Shown here: positions 27,892-40,003 of the stretch, in pieces
How the letters are laid out: every line of letters begins with the position of its first letter
Numbering within the stretch: the first letter of the stretch is position 1
NCBI GenBank assembly: GCA_965644295.1
Contig: CBFFRP010000234.1
Span: 225,745-289,744, forward strand
DNA from: Paraphysomonas bandaiensis
Lineage: Eukaryota > Protista > Chrysophyceae
DNA: 64,000 nt
Reading direction: 5' to 3'
Translations under genes and position numbers: made by a program
The notes under the pieces: model-generated
What the model saw: only the letters and a program-made list of their open reading frames with translations
What the model was told of the DNA's origin: nothing
Databases searched by the model: none

Positions 27892-29286
27892 TATCAGCAG
27901 TAGTGAAAAAGTAATGAGCAGTTTAGCTCTGACTTGCGTGCTGCGTACAGTTTCCATGTAATGATACTGTATTTTAGAAGTAGTAAAGTATATGTAATAT
28001 GATGTCAGCGCTATTCCCATAAAGGGACTAGCATATCTGGTATCGTTCCACATGATTCCCAATCCCAATCGTCTTCAAGAAAATAATAATGTATGTTTTT
28101 GAAAACTGAGTATTAGCTTACAGCAAAGTAATTCACCATTAGATACTAAATTCTTTGAGCTCTCTCGTGAATAGCAAGATCTTGAATGCATGTTTCTACA
28201 CTGTAATTTTACAGTCAAGCGTAGCGTTATAGATAACAAGATCTATATTACTATTTTAACGAGTTGGTATATAGTATATAGAATAAAGAAAAAAGTATGC
28301 ATGCTGTGGATTTTTTTGTTTGATATTGTTGATATCGCCGTATATGGATATAATGATATCGTTGATATAATACGAATTATTAGTGTATATAGTATATAAT
28401 ATATAATTCACTTGAACTGGAGGACTGGAGGTATTTATAAAACAATTACAATGAAATTTCTTATAAGATAAGACGATTTCGTCTATTGTAACCAGAAAGA
28501 ACTTTAGACTTTAGAGTGAGAATCATCTCTGAAGGCCGGGAAATCGTTATTCATTGAATTACTACTGTGGACGAGACATCAATTGAGGTGTAGAAGGCAG
28601 CTAGGACCCATTTCTGGTTGATATGGTGTATCAGGGTTTGACATCAGGATAATTAAATCTTAAGTAACTGAATGTTAAACTCACTCAATAATCAACTAGT
28701 AAAATTAAAATCCACACCTCTTATCATTCATTGTCATACACAAATCACTTATATTCTCACTACTAATCAATATTATCAGTTATCAGACCATAGTTAGAGA
28801 CGATCTTATACAGTCATTATATTTCAGTTTGTGAAAACTATCTCATGGCATATCATTAAATTTCATATCATAATAATCGCAGAGTTCAGTATATTAGACT
28901 TGATAATAAAGAGAGTTACGTTATGTTACCTCAATGATCAATGAGCTAGGACAAGACCTCCTACTATCACATAATATTCAATATTCGTCACTAGAAAGCA
29001 ACATATATCATATATGCATGAGTTGACTCGTTAAAACTCTACAGCAAGATGGCATCTATGGTTTCAAACTCCAAAGTTGGGCGTGTTATCAAACAAAGAG
29101 CTATTTAAATAGATATCATGAACATGAGAATGGAGCTACGACACCTAGCACTGTACTTCTCAGCTACTTACTGTGTTATTTCCATAGAATCTAAGGTCAA
29201 TATCTACTCAATGGATGTGTATTCCTACGGATATCCAGGTTTGATTCTCTTGGGTATACACAAATCATATCATGCTCAGTTTAAAT

Positions 29287-30996
29287 TTAAACAGTAATAT
29301 CAGCAGCAAGCCCGTGTCCTTTCTTGAGCACCTCTACGTCGACCAAGCCTGCCCGTGTGTATTTACTGGAGGTGTTCCAGGGTGCGCCAGCAGCTCGGCA
29401 TCCTCCAGGCCATACATGCACAAACTTCTCGCAGGAAGGATAGTGCTTCTCAAAGATTTTTCTATAGTAGTACTCCTCCTTTGATTGTGGAGGATTGATT
29501 GGAAACACTTCAGCGGCCGAGGCAAACTCTTCGTCCGTCACAAGGTTCTCAGATATATACTTCTGCAGCGTCGCGACCCATGTCATCCCCACACCTTCAC
29601 ATTGCATTGCCTTTGTCCGCCATACTACTTCTTCAGGAAGCTGTGACTGGTAAAGCTTGCGTAGGAACCACTTTTCGCACCTGTCTTCTTCTCCAGAACC
29701 CTCCCCGCAAAGTTTCTCTCTGGGGTCCAGTGCCATAGCTGTTGCGATGTTATTCACATCGAAAAATGGAACTCGTGCCTCAAGCGAACTTGCCATTGTC
29801 ATGCGGTCCGCGCGTTGAAGGTTAACGAACTGCACCGCCTTCAGAATGCGGCGGTTTTCTTCCTGTAGAAGGGCGGGGTTGTGACATCCCCCGTAATAGA
29901 GGTAGCCACTCCAAATCTCATCACTTCCTTCTCCAGTCAGCACAACCTTAACATGTTCACTGGCCTTTTTAGCGAGGAAGTAGTTTGGAATGCTGGACCG
30001 GATGAGCTCGGGTTCGTAAGTCTCCATATGGTAGATGATGGTTTCCAGTATGGGGAAAGCGTCTTCAGGAGTAAATAAGGCCTCATAATGCTCAGTTCCA
30101 AGAAACTTGGATACCGCCCGGGCAGCGAGAATATCTGGTGACCCCTCTTGCCCCACAGCGAACGATTTTATCTTTCCATGTGTGGCGGTGAGGTGAGGAC
30201 GCACATTTTCCTGGTGCATAATCGCACCAATGATGGAGGAGTCCAACCCACCGCTCAACAGAAGACCAACCTCAACATCAGCCATGCAACGCTCGATTAC
30301 AGCTTTTTCTAAGGCCTTCTTGCATTCTTCCCCGGTGGAATACGCCTGAGAGCGCTGCATATCGCTCACATAATTATCAGAGTCCCAGTCGGGGGTATAG
30401 TATCGATGCATTCCTCCTTCCCGTGTCCAGTAGTGTCCGGCAGGAAAGAGGATAAGGTCCTCCGGATTGCACTGATCTACTATACCCTTGAGTTCTGAAG
30501 AGAAGAGCACCTCCTTCCCATCTTTAGAGCGTCCCATGTAAAGTGGCTTGATTCCAATCTTGTCTCGGCAGACAAACACGTCCTTACCACCATTGGCCAC
30601 GAGGACAAAGGCAAACATACCAACTAACTTGTCGGCAATGGCAGTTCCAATCTTATTGTATCCATGAATAATAATCTCTGAGTCAGAGTTAGTTTCGAAG
30701 AGAGATTGGTCAAGCCCGAGCTCCTCTCTGATCTTCAAATGGTTGTACACCTCGCCGTTAGCAACACAAGTTGTTCCTGTGGCTCTATCCCGCAGAGGCT
30801 GATGACCATGCTCAGGAGATACAATAGAAAGACGAGTATGTCCAAGCCAGTAAGATCCTCCGGTGTGAACGCCGTGCTCATCTGGACCTCGATGGTTCAT
30901 CCTGTTCGCCAACGCTGCCACTCTGCTTTCAGTGTTCTCATTGCAGATAATAACGTCCCCTCCCTCGGCAGAAACTCCAGCAATAATACCGCACAT
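29287..30996 (-). CDS. Glutamine-dependent asparagine-synthetase-like (AsnB family) enzyme, intronless
   Basis: Ntn N-terminus MCGII, HRGPD, RLSIV, NGEVYNH, RDKIGIKPLY, LLSGGLDSS, TGEGSDE, EARVPF. Confidence 0.9.
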   Translation of the reverse strand: MCGIIAGVSAEGGDVIICNENTESRVAALANRMNHRGPDEHGVHTGGSYWLGHTRLSIVSPEHGHQPLRDRATGTTCVANGEVYNHLKIREELGLDQSLFETNSDSEIIIHGYNKIGTAIADKLVGMFAFVLVANGGKDVFVCRDKIGIKPLYMGRSKDGKEVLFSSELKGIVDQCNPEDLILFPAGHYWTREGGMHRYYTPDWDSDNYVSDMQRSQAYSTGEECKKALEKAVIERCMADVEVGLLLSGGLDSSIIGAIMHQENVRPHLTATHGKIKSFAVGQEGSPDILAARAVSKFLGTEHYEALFTPEDAFPILETIIYHMETYEPELIRSSIPNYFLAKKASEHVKVVLTGEGSDEIWSGYLYYGGCHNPALLQEENRRILKAVQFVNLQRADRMTMASSLEARVPFFDVNNIATAMALDPREKLCGEGSGEEDRCEKWFLRKLYQSQLPEEVVWRTKAMQCEGVGMTWVATLQKYISENLVTDEEFASAAEVFPINPPQSKEEYYYRKIFEKHYPSCEKFVHVWPGGCRAAGAPWNTSSKYTRAGLVDVEVLKKGHGLAADITV

Positions 30997-31475
30997 GATT
31001 CTTCTCAATGAATATGTCTATCAGTTGTAGTTAATGGATATAAGTCTATGTACACCTGTACGTACAATTACACGAGAGCACCGCATGAGTCGTACTCACA
31101 CACATATCCATAGATACCTGCTCCACCCGCCCACCCTCCCACACACTCTGCTCATGTATGGTACACATACCTCACACAGTACACCAAAAACGATCGTTAG
31201 TGACCGCAGATTCTCTCCTCTGCGAATCTTGTAACATGGACACCATAAACCAATACATACTCAGTAATTATAAATGATTGGATACTAGAAGTGTGGTATA
31301 CAAAGTCTGTATTTCTTTAAATACTCTGGCCGGGAATGGCCACAACTGTTTGTACTACTTCTGTATACTGCTGTATGTTTGTACTGCTGTAGGGGCTGTG
31401 TGCTGTATGTATGTATGTATGTATGTATGTATGTATGTATGTATGTATGTATGTGGTGTACCTGTACGGAAATAT

Positions 31476-32839
31476 ATGAACAAAGTTCTTGTGGACATCT
31501 TCACATGTATGGTATGAGAGTATGATGAGGGTGTGGTATGACATGAGAGGATGATCGCTTATGAATAACAACACTGAGTAGTAACAAGTGTGTGATACAG
31601 TGACGATGATATCCAAACAGAGTTTTGGTTCATTGATTTGTCTGTGCGGTGTGCTGACGCTAACCACAGACACTCTGTTGCTCCGTAAAGTTGATGACGT
31701 AGAGCCCCAGACAGTCATGTTCTTCCGATACGGACTTTTCGGATTCGCAGTACTGATTTATTTCATTTCCAAGCACGGATATGATTCCTTGACTCAAGCA
31801 AGAAACGTTGGGCTAGTCGGTGGCTTTGGAGGCATGTTGCTCGGAGCGTCGGATTATTTGTTCACGACAGCGATACACCTGACAGCTGTTGCAAATGTCC
31901 TGGTGATATATGCAACCAGCTCGATGTTTTCTGCATTGTTTAGTTGGCTTTTTGCTGGTGAGGTGTTATTGCTTCGTACTTCGATCACAATAGCTGTTTG
32001 TATTGGAGCCACACTCTTCATATTTTACGACCAGATAGGAGGAGACGGTTCAGAAGATGATATTACGGGCAACATATGTGCCGTGTTTGCTGCAATAACA
32101 ATGGGATCTTATCTATCTCTTGTTAGTTATGCGGAATCTAAACTGTCTGAGCTGTAAGGATATATGCAATGACTACAGTAACATAATCACTTGTATGCAG
32201 AAAAATCGATATGGTTTTATGTAATGTGTTAGCGGGGGGAATTATTATTCTCGGTTAGTTTCTATATTGTTTTATATTTAATTAACATTAAGATACGTCA
32301 GTATCATCTGCACGAGGTGCTGCCCCAGCATCTGTCATATCGATTGCGGACTATATGCCTATGGTCTACCTTCTTCTTCAGGGTCTTATCGTCCTCCCCG
32401 TAAGCTTCACTTTATTAACTATTGGACCTAAGTATATATCCGCCCCTGAAGTTTCTCTTTTCATGCTGATAGGTAAACACGATGTATGTATGGGAATAAT
32501 TTGAGATGTCAGTTTTCAGAGACAGTGCTTGGTCCTCTTTTCGTGTGGCTAGGAGGTTACGAGGCTCCGCCTGCCAGGACGCTGTACGGAGGCGCAATTA
32601 TAGTGTGTGCTCTAACATGTAACAGGTAAATCATATTTAGGATCTATATTTTACTCTTAAATATTTCATTTAGCATTTACTCGATGCTGCAATCCTCGCA
32701 GCGTAACTGTTCGAGCCCATCCGGTAGGTATGAAAATATGGAATCTCCAGTAGAATCCCCAGAAGTACCACATGATATTTCGACAGATATCGAAATAGCT
32801 ACAGTTCGAAACTGCCTGATTTTAGACCATGAGTTATAG
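31476..32839 (+). CDS. EamA/DMT-family membrane transporter, multi-exon
   Basis: Many TM segments, FFRY, TAVANVLVIYATSSMFSALFSWLFAGE, LLTIGPKYISAPEVSLF, ETVLGPLFVWLGGYE; GT-AG introns; stop at 32837-32839. Confidence 0.85.
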
Positions 32840-33703
32840 ATATACATCTTACCTTCGAAAGATTATGACAGTTTTTTTTCATAGATTAAATATGTATAAA
32901 TAGATTATGAAGAACTTTTTATCTAGGGTCTACGTGACTAAAACTGCACCACAAAATAGCCATGACATGGTCTGCATGTTTGTCTTAATATTTTGATGTG
33001 ATATTTTTGTGATACTTATTATATATGATCAATGTGCGTAGAAACAATTTCTTACTTTTAAAGATCTGTAGCGTTTTCAGAGATCTTTCCGCTTCTTAAC
33101 ATATACGACAACCTACAGTGAACTTATATACCTATGCATTGTTCGTCACATCGGAGGCGAAGATACATTGAATACTATTTAACATATACACGACAAACAC
33201 ATGGGAAATATTATTAATACCTAGCCTAAGAAATAAATTATTTATCTAGACATTCTTATATCCATTGTAACTGTCTAATGTACTTGCTCACACCATACAA
33301 CATATATTTACCAAAACACACATTCATATTTCATATATACATATCTACTTTCTACTTAACACATATACTGGGCTGGTTAGTAAAGTATTAGAATGCTATT
33401 GATGGGACGCTATCTTATAATACTATTGCAATGTATTGTTCTTCATACAATCCTGGTTCGCTTACTCTACACTTTCATTATTTATTATAGTTATTATATC
33501 TAACCACCTGTCAGGATGAGGCTATATATCACCCCACTATCAAAACGATGACAGACCCAACTTCAAATTTCGAAAAGGAATGGAAGTCTTTATTCGAAGA
33601 TTTAGTATAGTTAAAGGTGAAATGCATATAGTTAAAGTCGGAAGCTTATTGTAGTTAGTGGGCTGTCGTAGTGTGGCTGTTATTATTTATTGGGCAATAT
33701 AAG

Positions 33704-34453
33704 CAGGGCTGCGTAACACAATCAATAATTGTAGCAGGTTGTAGTCAATTATTATTGTTAATATTTTTCATATTCCCGATTAATTTCAATTAATTGATAC
33801 TACACAACGTACTCTAGTACCTCCAAAACATATCTTGAAAACTGTTATTTCATTTCCAGTGGCGACGATGCGTTCGTGGAAATAGGAGTAGCTTTAAATT
33901 GCGAGGAGTTATACTTTCAGTCACAACAACTTAGCTCTACTGAATAGTATTTCAACATTATTGGTTGTGGCATGGAAATGCTTCATGATGGGGTATCGAG
34001 TTTGCTTCCTACGACGTGCTTGCTTCCGCTGCCTGTTGTCATCAATCAAACGCTGCGCTGTGTTGACACTCTGAACTAGCCCACCACTGTTAGCATCCTC
34101 TTCATCATCATTGAGCAAAAATATTTTACTTTGATCATTTTTCGTCCGGGGTAAGTAAGGCATCATTTCCACCTTTTTTTGTTATTTGTAATTCACCACA
34201 TGAGTGATATAGATCTGCTTCTGCAGTGGCCTTCTTTCTTTCTGGCAGACGTCGACAATGAAGCTTTTTCCAGAATACGTCTCCAATTATAAAATATTAA
34301 CTAATATACGCACTCCAATACCGAATGTATAATTTACCTTGCCGGTATCTAATTGATGGGATTACAATGTAATTGACAATTAATAGAGCAAGTTCTAGTC
34401 ATTTATAATTGAAATTATTATTTGCTATCCCAATTTTCTATTACGTAGCCCAG
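33704..34453 (-). mobile_element. Non-autonomous hAT-like DNA transposon (750 bp)
   Basis: TIRs cagggctgcgtaa / ttacgtagcccag, degenerate 8-bp TSD aatataag/catataaa, AATT-rich subterminal repeats, hAT dimerisation remnant HFHATTNNVEILFSRAKL. Confidence 0.8.
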
Positions 34454-34639
34454 CATATAAAGTATAAGGACATATTTTCCGGTGGTGATATGAGTATTCT
34501 ATTCAGCCAACATCAGAACGAAAATAACAGCTTTCAGACAAAATGGGGCTAAAGGAAGAAATCTACAATATGATTTTAATTATGAAGACGCACAAACAGG
34601 CTGCTCGCATACCAATGAGAATACACTATCACTAACAAG

Positions 34640-36130
34640 TTACTGGGCTGGGTTGGTCTTGCTGCTCTCATCAGCTGTAGCGGACGGGAGCATAGATTCA
34701 ATCAGCTCAGGGGCAGAGGAAAAGATATTGTCATCTGCAATATCTAGAAATGTATTTAACGAGTGGGTTGACGCACGGGGGGCGAGCATGTGGGTAGCAC
34801 GGACAGATGGGGCAAGGTGCCGTACCGTTATTGGCCTGGACATACATCAGGTGCAGACATCAGGCTATAATATCGATTTACCTGGAAGTATCTGTGACGG
34901 ATGCCATGAAGTCAGTTGCAGACACTGCACTAGGCGACCGGGGGGCTCCACTATTTCCGGAAGAGGTGGGAGCTGCCATCACCAGTAGGGGGTGTGGAGA
35001 ACGCGCTGGAGGACGAACTACAGCTGGAGATCCAGCAGGACGGATAGATGTAGGACATAGTGGCTCTGCTTCCAGTTTTCTCAGCTGCTGGATATCTTCC
35101 GCACAGTGTCGAAGTCCGGTGACGATGAACTCAGCCCGACGTTCCATACGCTCCTGCAGGGGCTCCAGTGCGATCTCCGCAGCGTGCATGGTATTCAGGT
35201 GTTCTAGCAGATCTGCGCTCGAATCATCTAAAATATCTACTTCCAGATCGAAACAACGTCCGCCTGCCTTGGCTACCGACCTAGGAGAGTAACGTCTGTC
35301 ACGTGGTTCGTTGTACCCCCCAGCTTCGCTCCAGCTAGTAGTTGTCAGAGTGTAATCCACTGCCACAGGGCGGGCCGGGGACAGATGCGGAGTCAATCGG
35401 GAACGCAGAGAACTCAATGGGAAAGTATCCTCTCCGACTACATTTCGCAGGTTCTAAGTAGATGCATTTAATCACACAAAGAAAGACATTATCAAGATAC
35501 CTCATCGCAAATAACAGTGGGGCGGTTTGAGGTAGTGTCAAGTAGTCCATTGTACTGGACATAGTGCCAGGCCGCTAAACATACTTCATCCTCAGTAGGA
35601 TCTGGTCGAATTAATGGTAGCATGGTACGAAGTGCAGAAGAAAGCTCGTATCGTTTGTTGGCATAGTCTGATCGCGCCATCTGTATTTTGATTGGAATAT
35701 TTCGATCACCGTATATTTTAAATCTGAAGCAATTTCCTTTAACACCAGCGGGGTACTGCTTCTTCGACCACTCATACACCTGAGGGTCGCTAGTAAATTT
35801 CTTATCTGATGTTATTCGTATGCTATCAAAAAACAAGCCCAGAGGGACATCCGCTCCATCCACAGTGCGCCCTTCCACAGATAATGTAAAGTGTGATCGC
35901 TCATATGGACTGGACGGCGTGAACTGATGTCGTATATATACCCGCAATATCTTCGATCGAGTGCTCTCCCCACAATTCAAAGAGAAACACTTCCGTTGAT
36001 ATGAACTCCACACTCTGCGCACACTCTGCTCGAGGTCTCTTATCTTGACCAGCTGAGCTTTCTTGTCGGGAAACATATCCCATATGGATTCAGGGATGGC
36101 TCGGTCGAATTCTTCAAATGATCGCTTCAT
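34640..36130 (-). CDS. SWI/SNF subunit BAF60/SMARCD-like protein with SWIB domain, ~3 exons
   Basis: IPES...LEQ, KILRVYIRH, FTLSVEGR, SWIB-like YELSSALRTML...EVCLAAWHYVQYNGLLD...VICDE, then PVAVDYTL and CFDLEVD. Confidence 0.8.
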
Positions 36131-36648
36131 CGTTATGGGGGTGAATGGTATGATTCAACTAGTTCACTATATGTGTATTCAAAGTCATTCAATTATATGC
36201 ATGCATATGTATATGTATGTATATGTGTTGTACCATACAGCAGTACTGCTATGTATGCCTATGCCAGGCTATGCACATACAGCAGTACGTATGCCGTATA
36301 TTTATACTCTGAATGCGGTACGCATAATAATGCTGTCACATGTGCGTAATGCATCAAAACTCTGGATTTTTCTGAAAAAAGTACTGGATATTATAAGCCG
36401 CTCCTATCAAATCAGTTTGGATTTCAGTCAAATAATTCGCTCCTGTAACTGTCCCGATTTCAACACAAAATGTGAAGGGTGGAAATCGTACTGCTCATGT
36501 ATCCATAATTTCCAGTTACCACAAATCTCTGCTCACAAAGGTGTACAGAACGTCAAATTTATGGTCAATTGTGACTGAATTCACTTGTGATCTGGACTCA
36601 GAGCGGATGAAGATCTAATTTTTCAGCGGGGCGAAGCTACGTACAATA

Positions 36649-38715
36649 ATGCCTGCTTTCCATCTTGTCATTGTTACAGCTCCAAAACTTGCTCTCATGA
36701 GCACAGAGGGTGATATTATTGTCCATCAAACAAGTATTACGCATAATTCTGCCTTATCTTTATCCAATGGAGCCAGAGCATCACCAGACTCGAAGGCTAA
36801 GGCACAGAAAGATATCGACAGAATATTTATGCACAGTATATCGGACGACAGCCTGCCCAAGAAAGCAGCCCAGTCACAATATGCTGTCAGACGAGAGTAC
36901 ATAGATGGCAGGGTATTGGAGGATGTTAACTCTGAGAATATTGCACAGGAAATCGACGTTAAGCATTTGTTAACGGAAACTTTGGATTGTTTATACAATA
37001 CTGGGCATATGACCACAAGGCCCTGTATCATGGAGGATGAGTCAAGAAACTTTATTCAGGTTTTTTATCCATTTATAGTATATGAATAGATATAATGGGT
37101 ATGCGTAAGTAGACTATGATCACGTGTGAGAAAGGACAATCTCTGGATGTCATAGTATCAGGCCTGTTGCACATAGGAGTCGGCACACTTGTAGGAAACA
37201 TCAATGTTGTTCCCCTCGAAACATCAAAGTTCTATAAACCTGCGTTGTATGAAAACAAAGGTAAGAATATAATCGTTATGAGTTATAGGCGGCTTTGAAA
37301 GACTGTAATCAAATTCTTCGCCTCCGTTATATTACTTATTTCATTGTCTTCAGCCGAATCCGATGTTGAGAAACAAGAGATTGACAAGGAGAAAGGGAAC
37401 TACCAAGCTTCTGAATTAGAGAAAAAACTTTTCATGGAAGCTGCTAGTCATCTGAGAGTAGAGCAAGTGGTGGAAACTATAAAGGTATATTATCAATTAC
37501 TGTCCGCACACTTACGATGTTGTATGATACATGTATATGCACAACAATAATTATACTATCACGCACATGATACATTTGTGATGATGATGATGTATTGTAC
37601 AGAATGCCTCTGCTCTTTCATTTGATTACCTTTCTTTGCTTACAATCGCCTCTGTTATTGCTGGCATTGGATTGGCGTCCAATAACTCCATTGCCATTGT
37701 TGCTAGCATGCTCGTGTCCCCGATCATGGGTCCTGTGCTTGCCCTTGCCTTCGGATCCATTATCCATGACAAAAAACTCAGTCTCCTTGGGCTGCGAAAT
37801 GAGTGCTTGTCGCTTTTGTTATGCATGTTCATAGGGTTTATTATTGGTATTATCTCTGTGCTTATTGGTACAGGGCACTCCTGGCCAACAGATGAGATGA
37901 AATCAAGAGGAATTCTGAATGGACTAGCTGTCGGTCTCGCAATAGCTATTCCCAGTGGAGTTGGAGTTGCTTTGTCTGTTCTGAGGAATGACACGTCATC
38001 TTTAGTTGGAGTGGCAATATCTGCCTCTCTGCTTCCACCTGCAGTAAACTGTGGCATAGCGTTGGCGTATGCAGCCGTTGGATTCGAGTTAGACCCCCAT
38101 GCCGTAGATAATGAAGATCATCGCTTTTCATCTTCACAGTCCTACTATTATTTAGCAGCGATATCGTTTGCACTTACATTGACGAACATTGGAGCAATAT
38201 TTTTATCTGCATTAGTGATGTTTCGTATCAAAGAAGTAGCTCCAATTCAAAACAAGAAAGCTTTTTGGCACGAGGATATTCAGATATCACGGCACACTAA
38301 CTTGTATCCAGCAGAGAAACATAACGCAATAGTTCGACAAAAAGTCAATTACCTGAGGCAGAATACTCCCACCATTATATCTCCTACTCCGATGAGTGTT
38401 TTTAATACAGCGTTGTCTCCTTTTCGCTCTAGTAGTTCCACTATATCAGGATTTCCTGAGCATGTAACTGTGCAGACACCATCTGCAATGGTAGGAACAG
38501 CATATGATGTAGAGATGGGAGGGATAGCTCCACTTGGTATGGCTCCTGTTGTTCCTATTTCAGGTAAAACAGTTGCTAAAAATCGTCGTCCATCTCTGGA
38601 ACGCAGCGCTGCTACACTGAATGAAATTAAAGAAAGGTTCAAAAGATTTGGTCATACTGTAAGACCAAGATCCCCTTCACCAGCCTCAACGTTGTTTAGA
38701 AGTGTAAACACGTGA
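36649..38715 (+). CDS. DUF389 (TIGR00341-like) membrane protein, multi-exon
   Basis: FDYLSLLTIASVIAGIGL..NNSIAIVASMLVSPIMGP, EMKSRG, LVGVAISASLLPPAVNCG. Confidence 0.85.
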
Positions 38716-40003
38716 TATTAGCGTTTGATATGATGGCAATATCATTTTCTAAATTCGTTGCTCCCTGTAATAGTTACTTACCCGTTTTTTACATTGCTGT
38801 CATTGTCATATCTTATTTTACTATATTTGATGCATGATATGTGATATTGCTAGGTATATAACACTATATTGTCATGAATCATGAAGTGCGTAACTTGTGA
38901 CGAAAAGAAAGTGAAGTAGAATAACATTTATATAAAACAGTTTGTAGTAGTTCAACAGAAGGATATATCTTTCTTGTAAGACCGGCTTGAGTTCATTTAC
39001 TGCTGCCTTTTATCATGGATAACACATCCATGAGGAATAAATTAGAACACAAAATTCGTTCATCTGAATGCAGTTTCTGCAATAAAAAGGAATTCCATAA
39101 ATTGATATTAATTTTAGAGAAGAAGGTCAGCATGATTAATAATACTTGATATTAAACCAGAAAGAGGCACTGACGGACACTTCAAGTTCATTCTATATTT
39201 ATATTATGATTGGGCTGTTATTGTACTTAACAAGGTCAAGCGAATAATAGCAACACCAAAATCAAGAGTAAGACGAGTTACATTTCCATAACTATATAGT
39301 AAATAAAAGAAAAATCTATCAACGCATACTTCACTGTAGAGAGTAATATGAAGACACATCAAAGACTAGGTGCGCACAACTTTAACATTCTCTGTGTTCA
39401 CTTTCACTATTCTTTGGCTGCATTCATATCCCCGATGACCACTGCAGCTCCGTATAGCGTAGACATTGAACGAAAGATTTCGTATTGCTTCCACTGAAAT
39501 CAAAGTGGCGTCCACTGAATATGTTCACACACACATCACTCGTTGAGATAGACCTCATGTACTCATCGCGGAAGATAAGCCTCTCAGATACCAAATGTCT
39601 TCAATTATCTTGAATCGACTCGATGGGTTCATATGTTGATATCCTTATCAGATTACATGATTGTGTGTCAAGTGGTCGAGAGTCGAGAGGTGTGGTGTAT
39701 CATATGAGTCTGATGATATCTGCCTCCTGGATATGCCTGCGCCTCATATGGACTCACCTCACACACAGCAGTGGACATATGTATGTATGGTACAGTAATA
39801 CAGCAGTGTATACAGCCCAGCGTAACTGTATACACAGGTACTGTATATATATACATGTACATGTATATGGTGCACACAGCAGCAGCAGGAGGTGTATATG
39901 TGCAGTATACTAGTATACCACTCCATCAGTACATAGCCAGCCATATATACACATACATAAAGGAACCACACACCCGTACCATTCCTGTTGTAACATCTAT
40001 CCC

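Noticed and set aside
28100-29280. Gene or element in the AT-rich gap between DRC10 and the AsnB-like gene
   Set aside because: Only short low-complexity ORFs; no termini or motifs identified
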